Shown: positions 1 to 13,266 of the stretch, one piece after another
Layout of the letters: every line of letters begins with the position of its first letter
Position numbering within the stretch: position 1 is the stretch's first letter
NCBI GenBank assembly: GCA_951406725.2
Contig: OX597837.1
Span: forward strand, 30,442,001 to 30,506,000
DNA: 64,000 nt
Reading direction: 5' to 3'
DNA from: Octopus vulgaris
Lineage: Eukaryota
Position numbers and translations under genes: made by a program
The notes under the pieces: model-generated
Told to the model about the DNA's origin: nothing
Database searches by the model: none
Seen by the model: the letters and a program-made list of their open reading frames with translations, nothing else

Positions 1-180
1 ATTGAATTTAAACTTAATTGTAATTCGAATTTAATTGTAGCCATGAAACGTACGTAGTTTTTTTTACTTATTATATATTGATCACTCATTCTCCAAAACA
101 GTTGTCCTACCTCCTCTGTAAAGGTAACGGATCTACCTTTTTGCAATACCCTTCAAGCCAGGAACTTTTCAACACTCCTC

Positions 181-249
<69 letters not shown>

Positions 250-251
<2 letters not shown>

Positions 252-470
252 GGGAAGGTTTACGAAAATAAACAAAAGACGAAGGCAGGTTTACGAAAAT
301 AAACAAAAGACGACGGCAGCTGGAGTACAAACAAACAATTGTATTAGTATGGCGCTTAGGAATAGAAATAAAACAAGTCTTTTACGTTTCGAGCCTACGC
401 TCTTCGACAGAAAGATACACAAAAAAGAAACAAGGAGAGAAAAAAAATGCGTTGTAGGAGCTAACGGTCC
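250..470 (-). mobile_element. Short interspersed repeat with hammerhead-like motif (probable Penelope-like terminus)
   Basis: Homologous in opposite orientation to 40130-40277. Minus strand reads ctttCTGTCGAagagc-gtag-gctcGAAAcgTAaaag. Confidence 0.45.
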
Positions 471-534
<64 letters not shown>

Positions 535-703
535 AACAAAACCGATACAACAGAGTGACTAGTGTATCAAGTCTATACAAAAATGGAAACAAAACTGTTA
601 TAAACTTCGAAGGAGAAAGTAAAATGATGAAATAATACAAGCAATACTAGTTACCCTCTTATCTTAATCTTCCTTTCCTCATTTCCTTATCTTTCTACTT
701 TAG

Positions 704-746
704 GTGCAGGATAACCCACCACCTGTCAAGCCATCTCCTCTGCAAT
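704..746 (+). CDS. TNF-like gene A, micro-exon 2 (stalk; VQDNPPPVKPSPLQ)
   Basis: Polypyrimidine tract + tttag acceptor, caat|gtaagt donor, 43 nt, phase 0 to 1. Upstream intron is homologous to that before exons at 26211, 48701 and 63190. Confidence 0.8.
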
Positions 747-764
747 GTAAGTAAGTATAAATAT

Positions 765-1638
765 CAGGGGTCGCCAAACTTTTTTGATCATCGACCCCGT
801 TTAGCCACTTCTTGCACATTGACCACCCTCCTCATTTAAAATATCTTAATATTCTACCCTATCATACCATATCTTAAATGCATACTGAATACAGATGCTG
901 GTAATTAAAATGTTATTTAAAACTAGCAGTATCGCCCGGCGTTGCTCGGGTTTGTAAGGGAAATAACTATATAAGCATTTTTAGAGAGTTATAGCCAAAA
1001 AATAGCAAAAAAATGCATTAAAAATGGAAATAAAATTATGGTAAATTTTTTTTTAAATCGTTGACTCATCGTAGACATTTTTAGAGAGTTACTTCCCTTA
1101 TATAATAGCGAAAAATGCATTAAAATGGAAAAAAATGATGGTAAATTTTTTTTTAAATCGTAGACTCATCGTAGACGCGCGCTAATACCCAGAAGGGCTC
1201 GACATGAATCACGACTATAAGATACCCGGTTTTGGTTAAACTGCACCACAAAATGTGGGAGTAGTTAGGAATCTAAATCGTAGGAGACAGACACACAACT
1301 TGACTTTTATATATAAAGATATACATGTAGAACAAATTAAGAAATTCTATTGAAGATGACACATATTTTACATATAAACTACATACAGTATCAAAACATT
1401 CAATTTTTATGAAATAGTTTTCACGGTTAGAAAATGTGAAAATATGTCTGGAATATTTTACTGAAATTGACAACATCAATGTGAGGGAAGAACATGGCAC
1501 TAGGTATTTCAAACAGTTCATCTGGGTGAGCTGGTCTTTCACATGCTGACCCCTATTCCACCCCTTGGCTATCATCGATCCCATGTAATTCCTCACCGAT
1601 CCCTAGGGGTCCCATCGGAACCCTTTTGGTGACCCCTG
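765..1638. mobile_element. hAT-like MITE interrupted by a Helitron
   Basis: TIRs CAGGGGTCGCCAAA ... TTTGGTGACCCCTG. No clean TSD. Confidence 0.6.
923..1319 (-). mobile_element. Non-autonomous Helitron
   Basis: 5' TC, 3' hairpin (cccgagcaacgccggg) + CTAG, inserted between A and T. Copies at 14192, 61834 and 62480. Confidence 0.8.
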
Positions 1639-1914
1639 ATATATTGTCATCACTTCTCCTTTCATATGTCTGTAATATCACCTGACACTGTAACATGTCC
1701 TCAATACATTACAGACAACATAAATTATATGAATGAAATGTCTACAAGGATTAACTGGGCCATGGCTTTAGATGACACTTTGATAGGATGAAGCCTCCTG
1801 TACATGTTTGCTAGAATTGTCCTATCAGTCCCAACAAGGCATAGCTGCTGTAGAACTGACCATGTTAAAGCTCATGAAACTACAATGTGATGGGTGTAAT
1901 ATATAGATGTTTAG

Positions 1915-2330
1915 AGGGCGACGAGCTGGCAGAATCATTAGCACGCTGGGCAAAATGCTTAATGGTATTTCGTCTGCCGTTACGTTCTGAGTTCAAACTC
2001 CGCCGAGGTTGACTTTGCCTTTCATCCTTTCGGGGTCGATCAAATAAGTGCCAGTTAAGCACTGGGGTCGATATAATCGACTTAATCCCTTTGTCTGTCC
2101 TTTTTTGTCTTCTCTGTGTTTAGCCCCTTGTGGGTAGTAAAGAAATAGGTATTTCGTCTGCCGTTATGTTCTGAGTTCAAACTCTGCTGAGGTTGACTTT
2201 GCCTTTCATCCTTTCGGGGTCGATTAAATAAGTGTCAGTTAAGCACTGGGGTCGATGTAATCGACTGAAACCCTTTGTTTGCCCTTGTTTGCCCCCTCTA
2301 TGTTAAGCTCCCTGCGGGCAATAAAGAAAT
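1915..2330 (+). mobile_element. SINE family B (partly dimeric)
   Basis: ggcgagctggcagaa head and gcctttcatcctttcggggtcgat core, repeated at least 6 times in the window. Absent at the paralogous intron site in genes B and C. Confidence 0.75.
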
Positions 2331-2588
2331 AAATATATAAATGTTTAGTCTTGGCTGTTTTCATTAATAGTGAATAATTGTCCTCCATGTAGAAAATTTT
2401 CATTATGATAATAATTATTGCATGATAGTTAATATGTTGTATAGTTATTTATTAGATGATAATCTGAAGTATTCAATAAATGAAATACATCAGGAAGTGT
2501 CCTATCTTCTGTCTTAGTCTTTTGCCAGACACTGAATCAGTATTCAAATATAACCTTCTCACCATCTGCTTTCTCTCTTACCTTTCAG

Positions 2589-2636
2589 TTCAACATGCCT
2601 TCTTCCACCTGAAAACTAGGGGTTACACTGAGTTAG
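2589..2636 (+). CDS. TNF-like gene A, micro-exon 3 (FQHAFFHLKTRGYTEL; first THD strand)
   Basis: ctttcag acceptor, ttag|gtaagc donor, 48 nt, phase 1-1. Joins exons 2 and 4 in frame; skipping it gives T+AG stop. Paralogous to 27265 and 49329. Confidence 0.8.
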
Positions 2637-2701
2637 GTAAGCTAAGTCATGCAGATTTATTGCACACTTTTTCTCATAATTTGAATTATCCCATTCTCTC
2701 T

Positions 2702-2980
2702 CTATCTGCTCAGTCGAAGTCGACTCTCGGTCACTCGTTGGATCAGTGTCCTCCAGTCAGTTCTATCCTGGGCCACTTCCTTCAGATTGGCCATGTCCAT
2801 TCCGGTATCACTCCTGATGGTGTCAAGCCAGCGGGTTCTTGGTCGGCCTCTTCCTGTCTTGCCACTGACCATTCCGAGCATGATGTCCTTCTCCAGGGAT
2901 TTTCTCCGCATAATATGACCGAAATATGCCAATCTACGCTTGGTGATCCCAGCTTCTAGCGACATTTTTGGCCTTATCTG
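2702..2980 (-). mobile_element. RTE-clade LINE 3' fragment
   Basis: RLAYFGHIMRR...GRGRPRTRWLD...AQDRTDWR C-terminal RTE motifs. Absent in the paralogous intron of gene B. Confidence 0.8.
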
Positions 2981-3217
2981 CTTACTACAATTACAGGTTT
3001 ACGTTAATTTTTACTATTACAGTATTAATTAAAATACTTTCAATATCGACGTGTTTTAGTGACTAATTATCATGTACTTGGGTTGACTCCTGCTGTTATC
3101 GAATCGGGGGAAACTATTACACTTAGGTGAAATATATTATCATTATGGACTTTAGTATTATGACGAGTATACAATACTTAATGACATGGGCCAACTATCA
3201 TTGTAATTAGAGACATG

Positions 3218-3271
<54 letters not shown>

Positions 3272-3369
3272 CGCCATGACTACTACTACTACTACTACTA
3301 CTATTGCTGCTGATGCCACTACTACTACTACTAACTACTAACCACCACACTACCACCACCACCACCACC

Positions 3370-3407
<38 letters not shown>

Positions 3408-3760
3408 ATATGTCTGATAATACTACAGGCGGGATGGATTTACTGCTTGGGTTATGGTTAACTATTACATAGCAAACAGCAACTGCCAAAACCTATAACC
3501 ATAATACAAAAGAACAAATGCCACATCAACATACAAGAGAAATAGATATATTCAGTATTCTAACATCAATTTGATCTCATCAACAAAGGTTAAATAGAGA
3601 CGATTCGATGTAAGAATAGATATGTCTTTAAACTTCATTTAATTGTATTCAGAAGTTTTAAATATGCAAAGCATACCTGAATGATTACTATTCTTAATCT
3701 AGTTGGTTCTCATTCAACTACAATAATATACACATACATACATACATACATACATTCATA

Positions 3761-4196
<436 letters not shown>

Positions 4197-6144
4197 CTAA
4201 TATAGGATAAAATTTTTCGAAAAAAAAATTCTAGCAATGGCTGGCATATTAAAAAACACCTTTAAAGGTTAAATTTATAAACAACTTATAAACGAGGGCA
4301 AAAGAAAAAAAAATTCCGATACCAAATATGCCGAAAATAGACACGTCATCAATAACCATATAATTCATCACTATAAGCACGTGTCTCGAAGAAAGCCGAC
4401 AGAAATTTCTAAAAAATTCCGTTATTATCATATCAGACCCGATTTCAAAGTTAATTCATAAGAACCTTCTCTTCGTCAGTGAGAGATATGGTAAGAAATA
4501 AACGAAATACTTACTTATACCCATGGAAGAAGCAAACACTAAGTCATGAGCACAATTAAGTACCCCAAATATATCCAAAATAGAAATTCTCCAGCACACC
4601 TCGAGACACGTGTGATTCGAACTGAAAACTCTCATAGAGTTAGAGAATCCGGAAGTGAACACTATTAAATTTACATCTAATATAGGATAAAATTTTTCGA
4701 AAAAAAAGTTTATAAGTTATATATATATATATAAGCTTAAAGAGAAACAAATGTAATTTTGGAATGACGGAAATGGAGATATAATGGGGGTCACGAGATT
4801 GGTAATTTATCCTCTTATCACAATCTATCTTCTTATCAACATCAAAAGATCTAATGCAGCTAGTGTTATGACACTAGGAGTTGACAGTGAAATTCTAGTT
4901 GCTGGTCATAAATTAATATTGTTAGATATTCTTCCAAACCCTAATTCCCTATGGCTATAGATTCACTTGACCACTTAAAAGAAAATAAATCTCAGAGGAA
5001 GTCAATTGATATTGATATACATGTCCAATCGTGAGAAAATATTGCTTTGGAAACTGGTGAGGTGACATGAAGAGCAGCTGGCTGTAGAAAATTTGCCTCA
5101 GCAAAATCAATCTGACTCACCCAAGCATGAAAAATGTGTGTGTGTGTGTGTGTGTATGTGTCACCTATCACCCGTCCAATATTCCATTATTCGAGCCCTA
5201 CTTCAGCTCCAATCTGATCCCTTTTCCTCCCACGTCTACCCTCCTTCAAACGCACCTACAACCTACGTAGCCTTCTGGCCTGTACTTTTTTACCCACTCC
5301 TGACACCCAATCTGGCACCTTCCCTTTTCTCTTGCCCACACTGTTGCACTTTTCCCTACCTCTCCAATTCCACTATCTTTACCGGCCCCTGTAACCCATC
5401 ACCGCTCCTACCACATCACCTGCACCTCTAGTAATGTCATCTATTGTATCCCCTGCTCTCTCTATCTTTCCCCGTACTTTGGGCAAACAAGACAGCACAT
5501 AGCTGACTGGTTTGCTGACAATCTCCGGTACCTCAGATTCAGCAATGACACCCCGGTCTCGTGTCACTTTTGCTTGACTGGTCATTCGATACAACGTCTG
5601 TCTGTGTTCAGACTGTCCTTGCACAGAGTCCACCTGGACGTCTGCCTTTAGAGAGAGTAGGAATTGATTTTCTTTCTTCATTCCTCTGCCCCTAATGCTC
5701 TTAATTCGTCACCCTCTTCATCTAAACCCACCCTTAAACACATTCACACATATTTCCCACCTTCCACTGCCACTCCACTTCCACCTCCACACCTGTACAC
5801 CGTCTTTGTATTTTGAAAGTTTCTCCATTTCTTTTAGAGACACGTTGTGATCTGCTGGTATTGATATATCAATTAGAAAGCATTTATTATTATTATTATT
5901 ATTATTATTATATGTTTGACTTTTGCTTTATATTTGTACAAGTTGGCTCCAAGTCTCACCCAGAGACCTCAAGAGACAACCGGTTGGAAGTTCATGTTGT
6001 TGTTATGCCTAGTGTGCCATATATTTGTTGTTGTTTTTTTGGTGTTGTACTAGTGAATGTCCAAAAAAAAAAACCGAAAATTATGTTTGTTTTAAACCCT
6101 GAGATTACATAGAAAGTATTTTGCGTAGGATATTATTATTATTA

Positions 6145-6184
<40 letters not shown>

Positions 6185-6201
6185 CATACCTACTTTTACA
6201 G

Positions 6202-6590
6202 AGAAAGACACTTACTTACGCTGGAAAAGAGATGAGAGCCAGGATGAAGGTAACATTAAATTGCGTGATGAAACTTCCATTTTAATAACTCAAGATGGGG
6301 TTTACCAAATAAACAGTGCAGTGCAATTGTTCATTCCAGAAGATACTCATTCGAGGACCATTACCTTGATGTTAGAGAGAAAGAAAGGAGCGGAATATGA
6401 ATATATTAAAAGAAGTTCATGTTCCTTAAATGTATCAGAAAATTTCATGATACAATCATCATTTGCATACCAGTTTAAACGAAATGATGCAATCCTTTTG
6501 CGGATGAACATGGCAAAATTCATCAGCCGCAATACGCCCTCAAGCTATTTGTCTATCACCAGCTTATACACGATCGACCAAGTTCCCTAA
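6202..6590 (+). CDS. TNF-like gene A, terminal exon 4 (TNF homology domain)
   Basis: ttttacag acceptor. Reads KDTYLRW..GNIKL..ILITQDGVYQINSAVQL..SSYLSITSL, matching the TNF-family LxW and LxIxxxGxYxIxSxV pattern. Stop TAA at 6588-6590. Confidence 0.8.
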
Positions 6591-6707
6591 AAATTTATCT
6601 TTGACCTGAAATCATCTTTAATTGTGAATTAGTGGTTCTTTAGATTTCTTCTTTTCTTATAGATATACACTTTTATATAAGCATATGTAGCTATACACAC
6701 ACGCACG

Positions 6708-6738
<31 letters not shown>

Positions 6739-6761
6739 ACACGCACGCACACACACACACG

Positions 6762-6792
<31 letters not shown>

Positions 6793-6817
6793 ACGCACGC
6801 GCACACACGCACACACG

Positions 6818-6848
<31 letters not shown>

Positions 6849-6857
6849 GCACGCACG

Positions 6858-6904
<47 letters not shown>

Positions 6905-7077
6905 GCATACACACACACACACACATACACACACATGCATACTTGAATATGTATTTACACATGTATATATAATTATATTCTCGTTCTCAGTATTATCTCT
7001 CTTTATCATCGAGCCAGCAACCCCGCTTACATCCTATACTATACATTGTTGATTTTCAAAATTACAATTAGCTTTAA

Positions 7078-7296
7078 CCCTTTGGTATTAAAACTGGCCG
7101 TATCCGGCCAAAATAGCTAGTCTGTTTTATGTTCAAACTGACCAGATCCAGGCTCTCACACCTACCCTACAATGTTATTCTACATTAAGTAATTACACCA
7201 TCAAGATCTTGAAGATATGAAATAATGCATGATTAATTCAAATCAATGGGAATCAATAGGCATTATGTTTGATTGAATAACCTGAACACTAAAGGG
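7078..7296. mobile_element. piggyBac-type MITE
   Basis: TTAA|CCCTTT ... AAAGGG|TTAA termini. Confidence 0.65.
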
Positions 7297-7854
7297 TTAA
7301 ATGAACTGGTATCTATAAATTCTTATATATATTCATAATTCATGAAATTTCTATACTAGTCTGTATTATCATAACTGTCTGATGAATAGTCATGTGAAAA
7401 TCTGAATAACAATTTCCCCCAATTTTCTTGGCTTTAATAAAAGTAGTATTTTACCCTACTATTGGTATTCATGTACGATTTTTCATCCTTGTTCTGCACC
7501 TCTGTGATTACTTGTGCACAACATTCCACAAGTGGAAGAAGAAACAGGTGGAAAATGGAATTACACTCACTGAAATTTTTCGACAAAGAAGATCCGGGCT
7601 CCATCAATAAACAGTATTTGAAAGATCTTACATGAAAAAAATAAATGAAGATTTCATTGGCAGAATAAGATGGTGAGCATATTTCTTTGATAGGAAAGAA
7701 CATTGAAACAGCACTGACAATAATTATGGCTTCAAATCCAGAAAGAGCTCGCCCGCAAATAAAGATTTAGAACCGTTTGAAAAGGACCTTTTCGATTTTA
7801 TAAGAAAAATTAGGTTCTGTAATGTTATCAACGCACTCCAGACGACATTGAATG

Positions 7855-8985
7855 AACTCAGACAAACCTTTATCTAAATTAGGAAATTCTATATGCAAAT
7901 GTTGCAAAATGTATACACCAATCTCTCTCTATATAAACGGCAGTTTGTCTGTCTGTGTGTCTGTCAGGTTGTACCCTCACCCTGACCACGGCTTTCAACC
8001 GATTCTGATGAAACTTGACACACACATAGCCCAATGTCATAATTCAAAACTAACGCAGCGAAAATTTTGAAAAGTTCCCCCAGTTCTGAAAAAATCGATA
8101 AATTCGACATGGGGTCGAGAATCTAAGCTTTTTATATGCAAAACATTTTCTGGGCTGTACGTGGGCTGTTCACGCGTTGGGAGGCGCAATGATGTTTCCA
8201 TGTTTTCGCCCAAAGGGAAAACTAGGAACATCGTATACACAGAAGTATTCGAGTGAAGAGAAGACATTGCAAACTACACATGCGCCTTGGGATTAGTCGT
8301 TGCCTACTAGCGGCTCTTACATACCCGGGCAACGCCGGGCTATGCTGCTAGTAAGCATATATAAGTCTGCTCCATCATATGCGCCCATTGGCACGTCGAA
8401 CAAGGCATCCCCTTTCTTCTCTTGATCTAGGTGTGGAGTCTTTGAAAAATAGTATGGATTTCCTGGCGTGCAGGATGATGTCGATGTCAGAGTTGTTGAT
8501 GGGTACCTACTTCTTAGCAAAATCTAGAACCTTAAGCAGTAAAGGCCTTGTAGACGAGTAAAAGTTCACAATATCGAACTAGGTAAACTTACAGTTATAC
8601 TTATTGTTAATGTCTAAAACAGTCTAAAGCAGAATGCTGTGATTCCATAACGAGAAATCGATAACTTCTAAGCCTATGGAGAAGTGACTCTAAAATATTC
8701 TCGCTAATTAATCACATTTCTATTTTAGCTGGGTTAATGAGACTATATTTGGGGTATCTAATAAAATTGGCTTTAAGGGTAATAAAGGACTTACGTGGAG
8801 CGAGGTACGCTACCCTATCACAGATATTAAGGCTGATTGTGATTCTTCTTACTTTGAGATTCACCGTGTTGTATAAAATATTGTCTGCTTTCTTATATGT
8901 ATCTGTGATGCTATTGGAGAGAAGCCTGTTATATAAATTTTTCTCCACAGCGTACAGATTTTTTGATTTGTCCGACTGCACTAAA
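7855..8985 (-). mobile_element. Penelope-like element reverse transcriptase relic
   Basis: Motifs DKSKNLY, LINPAK, FDIVNFYSS, FDVPMGAYDGADL, then GVYIL on the far side of the Helitron insertion. An N-terminal-like piece (YGFKS..FEKDL) lies at 7725-7850 on the + strand. Confidence 0.75.
7922..8351 (+). mobile_element. Internally deleted Helitron retaining the end of the helicase gene
   Basis: 5' TC, 3' cccgggcaacgccggg hairpin + CTAG|T. The 3' half matches 39590-39807. Confidence 0.75.
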
Positions 8986-9354
8986 ACTGGTACTTATTTT
9001 ATCGACTCCGAAAGGATGAAAGCCAAAGTCGACTTCGACGGAATTAAAACTCAGAACGTAAAGACGGACGAAATACCTCTAAGTTCGCCGTCCTACAAAC
9101 AATAACGGCTGTTCACGTGGACATTTCAGACAATCCGTGCCATCCTGGCCCTGCATGAACCAGTGTTACCTCTGCATTTGCGGGAGTTCTGCAGCAAGTT
9201 ACATAGGGTAAACTTGTCGCCCCTAGGCCATGACCGGAAATCAAGTTAGAGCTAGTGTTTTATTTGTGGTAACCCTTATACATGAAAATATCACTATTCT
9301 AAATACACTTGGGAAATGAACCCTGTAGAAAATCACACTCATTCTTTACATGTC

Positions 9355-10440
9355 TCAGCTGAAAAGTTCGTAGGTTGATGAAGATAACTCTTATGGAATG
9401 TGACCAAATAAGGTTTATTTTTCAACATCATTCCCCCACCACTTGCAGTCCATACACTTCTTTCATTGGTGCTGCAGTGCTTGGATCCCATCGGTGAAGA
9501 ATTTTTCATCCTGTTGCTCAAAAAGTCTTCAACAGCAGATATGACATCATCATCACTACAATACTGGTTCCTAACTAAGTGTTTTTTCATGCTAGAGAAC
9601 AGATAATAGTCAGATGGGCCTAAATCAAGAGAATAGGGAGGGTAATCAACAGCAGTCATTGAAACCAAAGACTTGTGTGCAAGAGTATTGTCCAATGTCC
9701 TGATGAAGCAAGATTGCTTTCATCAGTTTTCCAGGGCGTTTGGCCTTAACAGCCTTTCGTAACTGCCTCAGTATGTTGGCATGGTACCCTCCTTTGATAG
9801 TGTGCCCCTTTTGAAGATAATCAATAAGCACAATACTTTGTGAATCTAAAGACTGAAGGTATCGCCTTCACTGCAGATGAAGTGCATTTGGCCTTCTGTA
9901 AAGCAGGCGAAGAGGGGTTTTCCACTGCATGGATTGTATCTTTATCTCTGACTCAAAGTGATGTTACCAGCACTTATCCTGGCTTTAGAGACGTTCAAGG
10001 GAATTAGCTGTATGTGCCTCAAACAATGTCGTGGCCGTTGCCAGCCTCGCCTGGCCCCCGTGCCGGTGGCACGTAAAAAGCACCATCCGACCGTGGCCGT
10101 TTGCCAGCCCCGTCTGGCACCTGTGCCAGTGGAACGTAAAAAGTACCCACTACACTCACGGAGTGGTTGGCGTTAGGAAGGGCATCCAGCCGTAGAAACA
10201 TTGCCAGATCAGACTGGGCCTGGTGCAGCCTTCTGGCTTCCCAGATCCCAGTTGAACCGGCCAACCCATGCTAGCATGGAAAGCAGATGCTAAATGATGA
10301 TGATGATCATGATCAGCCTGGTGCGCTTTTGATCAGGTATCGGAAGACGTGGCACCCACTGAACATATACCTTCGTCATGCGAAGTTCATTATGCAGAAT
10401 ATTCTCAACTCTCTCATGGGATAAGCTAATAGCTTTATAT
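9355..10440 (-). mobile_element. Degenerate mariner (Tc1/mariner) transposon interrupted by a SINE
   Basis: WVPRL, IDYLQKGHTI and PPYSLDLGPSDYYLF motifs, with frameshifts. Confidence 0.85.
10028..10312 (+). mobile_element. SINE family C with ~62 bp internal tandem units and (GAT)n tail
   Basis: ttaggaagggcatccagccgtagaaac body and gatgatgat tail. Second copy at 35996-36424. Confidence 0.65.
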
Positions 10441-11020
10441 AAACTCTCACTCACACATTGTATCCCTATACGCACTGCATGCACAAGTAAAGCACCATCA
10501 ACCAATACAGAATGAAAATACACCTGCGAACACAGTAATGAAAGCCTACCCCACCCTGAAAAGTTATGCATTCAGTACCCCTACACATATCACGTATCCA
10601 CAAGAACACCAACCGGAAAGACGCACACAATTCCTACAAATACTTCATGATGGCTCATACCGACTTACAGCATAACCAACCCAGTGGCGAGGTCTCAGTC
10701 TAAAGGACATAACTCTTAACTAAATCCCCTACGCGGTTCCATCACCTTTTCACAGCAACCGCAAACTGGATGTCTTCTTTCACATCCAACAATAGAGAGC
10801 AGTCGCCATATTTCATTCCACATCGGCTACCTCTTATGAGAGTAGGGTTATATAATCGAATTGTTACCTAGCACTCCGTCGTGCCCCTAGCACAAAACCG
10901 ATTGGTAAGAATCGCAGTGATGGATATATAATACTGTACAATATTAATAGCGTTCAGTCTATCGCTATACAAATCCATCATTTTTTGCTAAAATGTCGTA
11001 TTGACGAGTTTCGTTTTTTC

Positions 11021-11106
11021 ACTTTCCCGAAGAGAAGATTGCATTGTTTATACCATTTATTCTTTTGAATAGTATCAGTGGAATTTTTGAAACATATGTA
11101 GAAAGT
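11021..11106 (+). ncRNA. Hammerhead-ribozyme-like motif, mutated core (CCGAAGA)
   Basis: actttc-CCGAAGA-gaagatt..aattttt-GAAA-catatg-TA-gaaagt with palindromic stem III. Inverted paralog of 11650-11739. Confidence 0.55.
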
Positions 11107-11377
11107 AAAAATATTTGTTTAAACCTGCGTTAACTCCATTTTTAATTCATATATATATATAAATAAGGTCGGTCACAAATAACCATGGGTGCACCTAAAA
11201 GGTTTCCCTCCGGGGTACAAGTCTGGGCAGAAAGTCAGAGATAGCCGACGTGGAAGGGCAAATGGTCGCCATTTCCCCTTCCAAGTCGGCTATCTCTGGC
11301 GAACGTATATTATATAACTGGTTTGTTGTCTAACACTCCATTATATAATTTCATATGAAACCGATTGGTAAGACCAG

Positions 11378-11436
<59 letters not shown>

Positions 11437-11599
11437 GGGGGGGGTGTACATGAGTGTATTTTCCCTTGTTAAAAATTAACTCGGAAAAAATAGATAAATA
11501 GTTACCAGGGTAGCCAAAAAATCACACAGGTAAAAAGGTTGTAACTCCTTCTTTTTAAAGGTAGAAACTTCGGATTTACGTGAAATATTTTGTATAATA

Positions 11600-12900
11600 T
11601 ATATAAATAAATAAATGGAGTTAAATGCAGGTGTTATTCAAATTCTTTTACTTCCAACACACGTTTCGAAGATATCACAGGTATTATTCCAAAAAGAATA
11701 AAATGGTTTAAAACAATGTAATCTTCTCTTCAGGGAAGTGAAGAAATGAAACTCGTCAATAAGACATTTTAACAGAAAATGATGGATATATATAGTGATT
11801 AACTGAACGCTATTAAGATTGTTTAAAAAAAAAACGTTATAGGATATATAGGTAGCCTATAGAAAGAGGAAGGATAAAGGAAAGAAAACCTAAATAAATG
11901 AGAAGTACATAACTATATCTATATTAAATAAAACCATATAGATTTGGAAAAAGATATATCTAGTGAATGTGAAACGTAAGAAGAAAATTAATGTTTAAAT
12001 TATATATGATAGATATCACTTACATGAAGTAAAGGTGTGTTTCTGCCAATGTTTACATTGGTATGTACGCTCTATAACCGTGTTTACAAGGTGATTTTTA
12101 GAAAAAAAAGAATAAAAAATAGTTCAGAATTACAGAAAAGACAGAATTCCTTGCCTTTGTCATAAGGTATCGAGATTGAGAGAATCAACGAATCTAAATT
12201 AAATTGTTTATTGTGGTCTTTTAGTTCTCAAATTAATTTACTAAGCCCTGTACTGTTACGTTTATTCCTATCCCTAAATGTAGAGTAATGATTAGAAATT
12301 ATTTTAGATAACTGAGAAGGTGTGCTTCCTATATAAAAAATACTTCATTACAAGTAGTAATTTTACACTGGTATATAAAATTTCTAGTTTGAGAGTTACT
12401 TGACATAAACTTGATTCTGTTGTAATTGATTTCAGATATAATAACCTTGTTATTAATATTTCTAGGGGGATGGATGATATTAGCTAAATTAATGTTAGTA
12501 TTAGCAAATGTATCAATATTTAACAAGTTAATATTATGTGAAGAGATAATTTGTAAGAGATTTTTTGTGTTGGAAAAACCAATCTAACCGTGTGTGAGTT
12601 GATAATAGAGTAATGCCTAGAATTCTTGGAAAATTCCTAATAATAGATTCTCGAAACTGCAAAGGAAGATTAGATTTAATTTGCCTCCCGTATGGAATAA
12701 TTAACCAAAGGGTTTTACTATTAGTTACCTTATTTTTAGTGTAACTATTTTTGAAAGACATAGATTTACCTTTAGTACGAAAATAGGGGGTTAAATAAGG
12801 GTTATCTCCCTCCCTCTGTTTGGTCTTGGTGTATAAATTAAAATTGATATCGTTTATATCCTTACAACGAGATTTCATTAATTAATTATATTAATTACCT
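11600..12900 (-). mobile_element. Penelope-like element 3' part with degenerate GIY-YIG endonuclease
   Basis: Minus strand reads NFIYQCKIT...YIGST...SNHYSTF...STGLSK, with an upstream WLIIPY motif and a downstream hammerhead. Confidence 0.7.
11650..11739 (-). ncRNA. Type I hammerhead ribozyme motif at the Penelope 3' end
   Basis: acttcc-CTGAAGA-gaagat-(long loop)-atcttc-GAAA-cgtgtg-TT-ggaagt. Stems I and II are each 6 bp and perfect. Confidence 0.7.
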
Positions 12901-13266
12901 ACATTAATTCCATTCAATCTCTTCTACCTTTACTAATGTAGATATGAAATCTAGTTGTAAGGATATAAACGATATCAATTTAAATTTATAATGTGTGACC
13001 ACTGTTCTAACTGTAGCTGTTGTATCTACTCTAGTAGCCACGATATTTTCTTGGTATCGGATACATTATGTCTCTTCTATACCGGAATGATAATACACTA
13101 CTTCGTCTATCGGTCTGTCGCTGATAGCTCTGCAAAACACTGAATTTGAACCGTCTACTTTGACAGTGACCTTTTTTGAAGCTTCTGGTTCATCACAGTG
13201 ATGAAGATCCTGGTTCATCACATCTCTAAATTTCAAACATTGATCACTTTAATAAATAACTAAACT

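Noticed and set aside
5379-5681. 100 aa minus-strand ORF in gene A intron 3
   Set aside because: No recognisable domain or splice context. Possibly a decayed LINE ORF1 piece, but I cannot support a call.
12995-13090. Hydrophobic stretch VTTVLTVAVVSTLVATIFSW as candidate gene B TM exon
   Set aside because: No CTxQWC motif, no upstream tail or homologous leader, and it lies upstream of the conserved pre-gene blocks.
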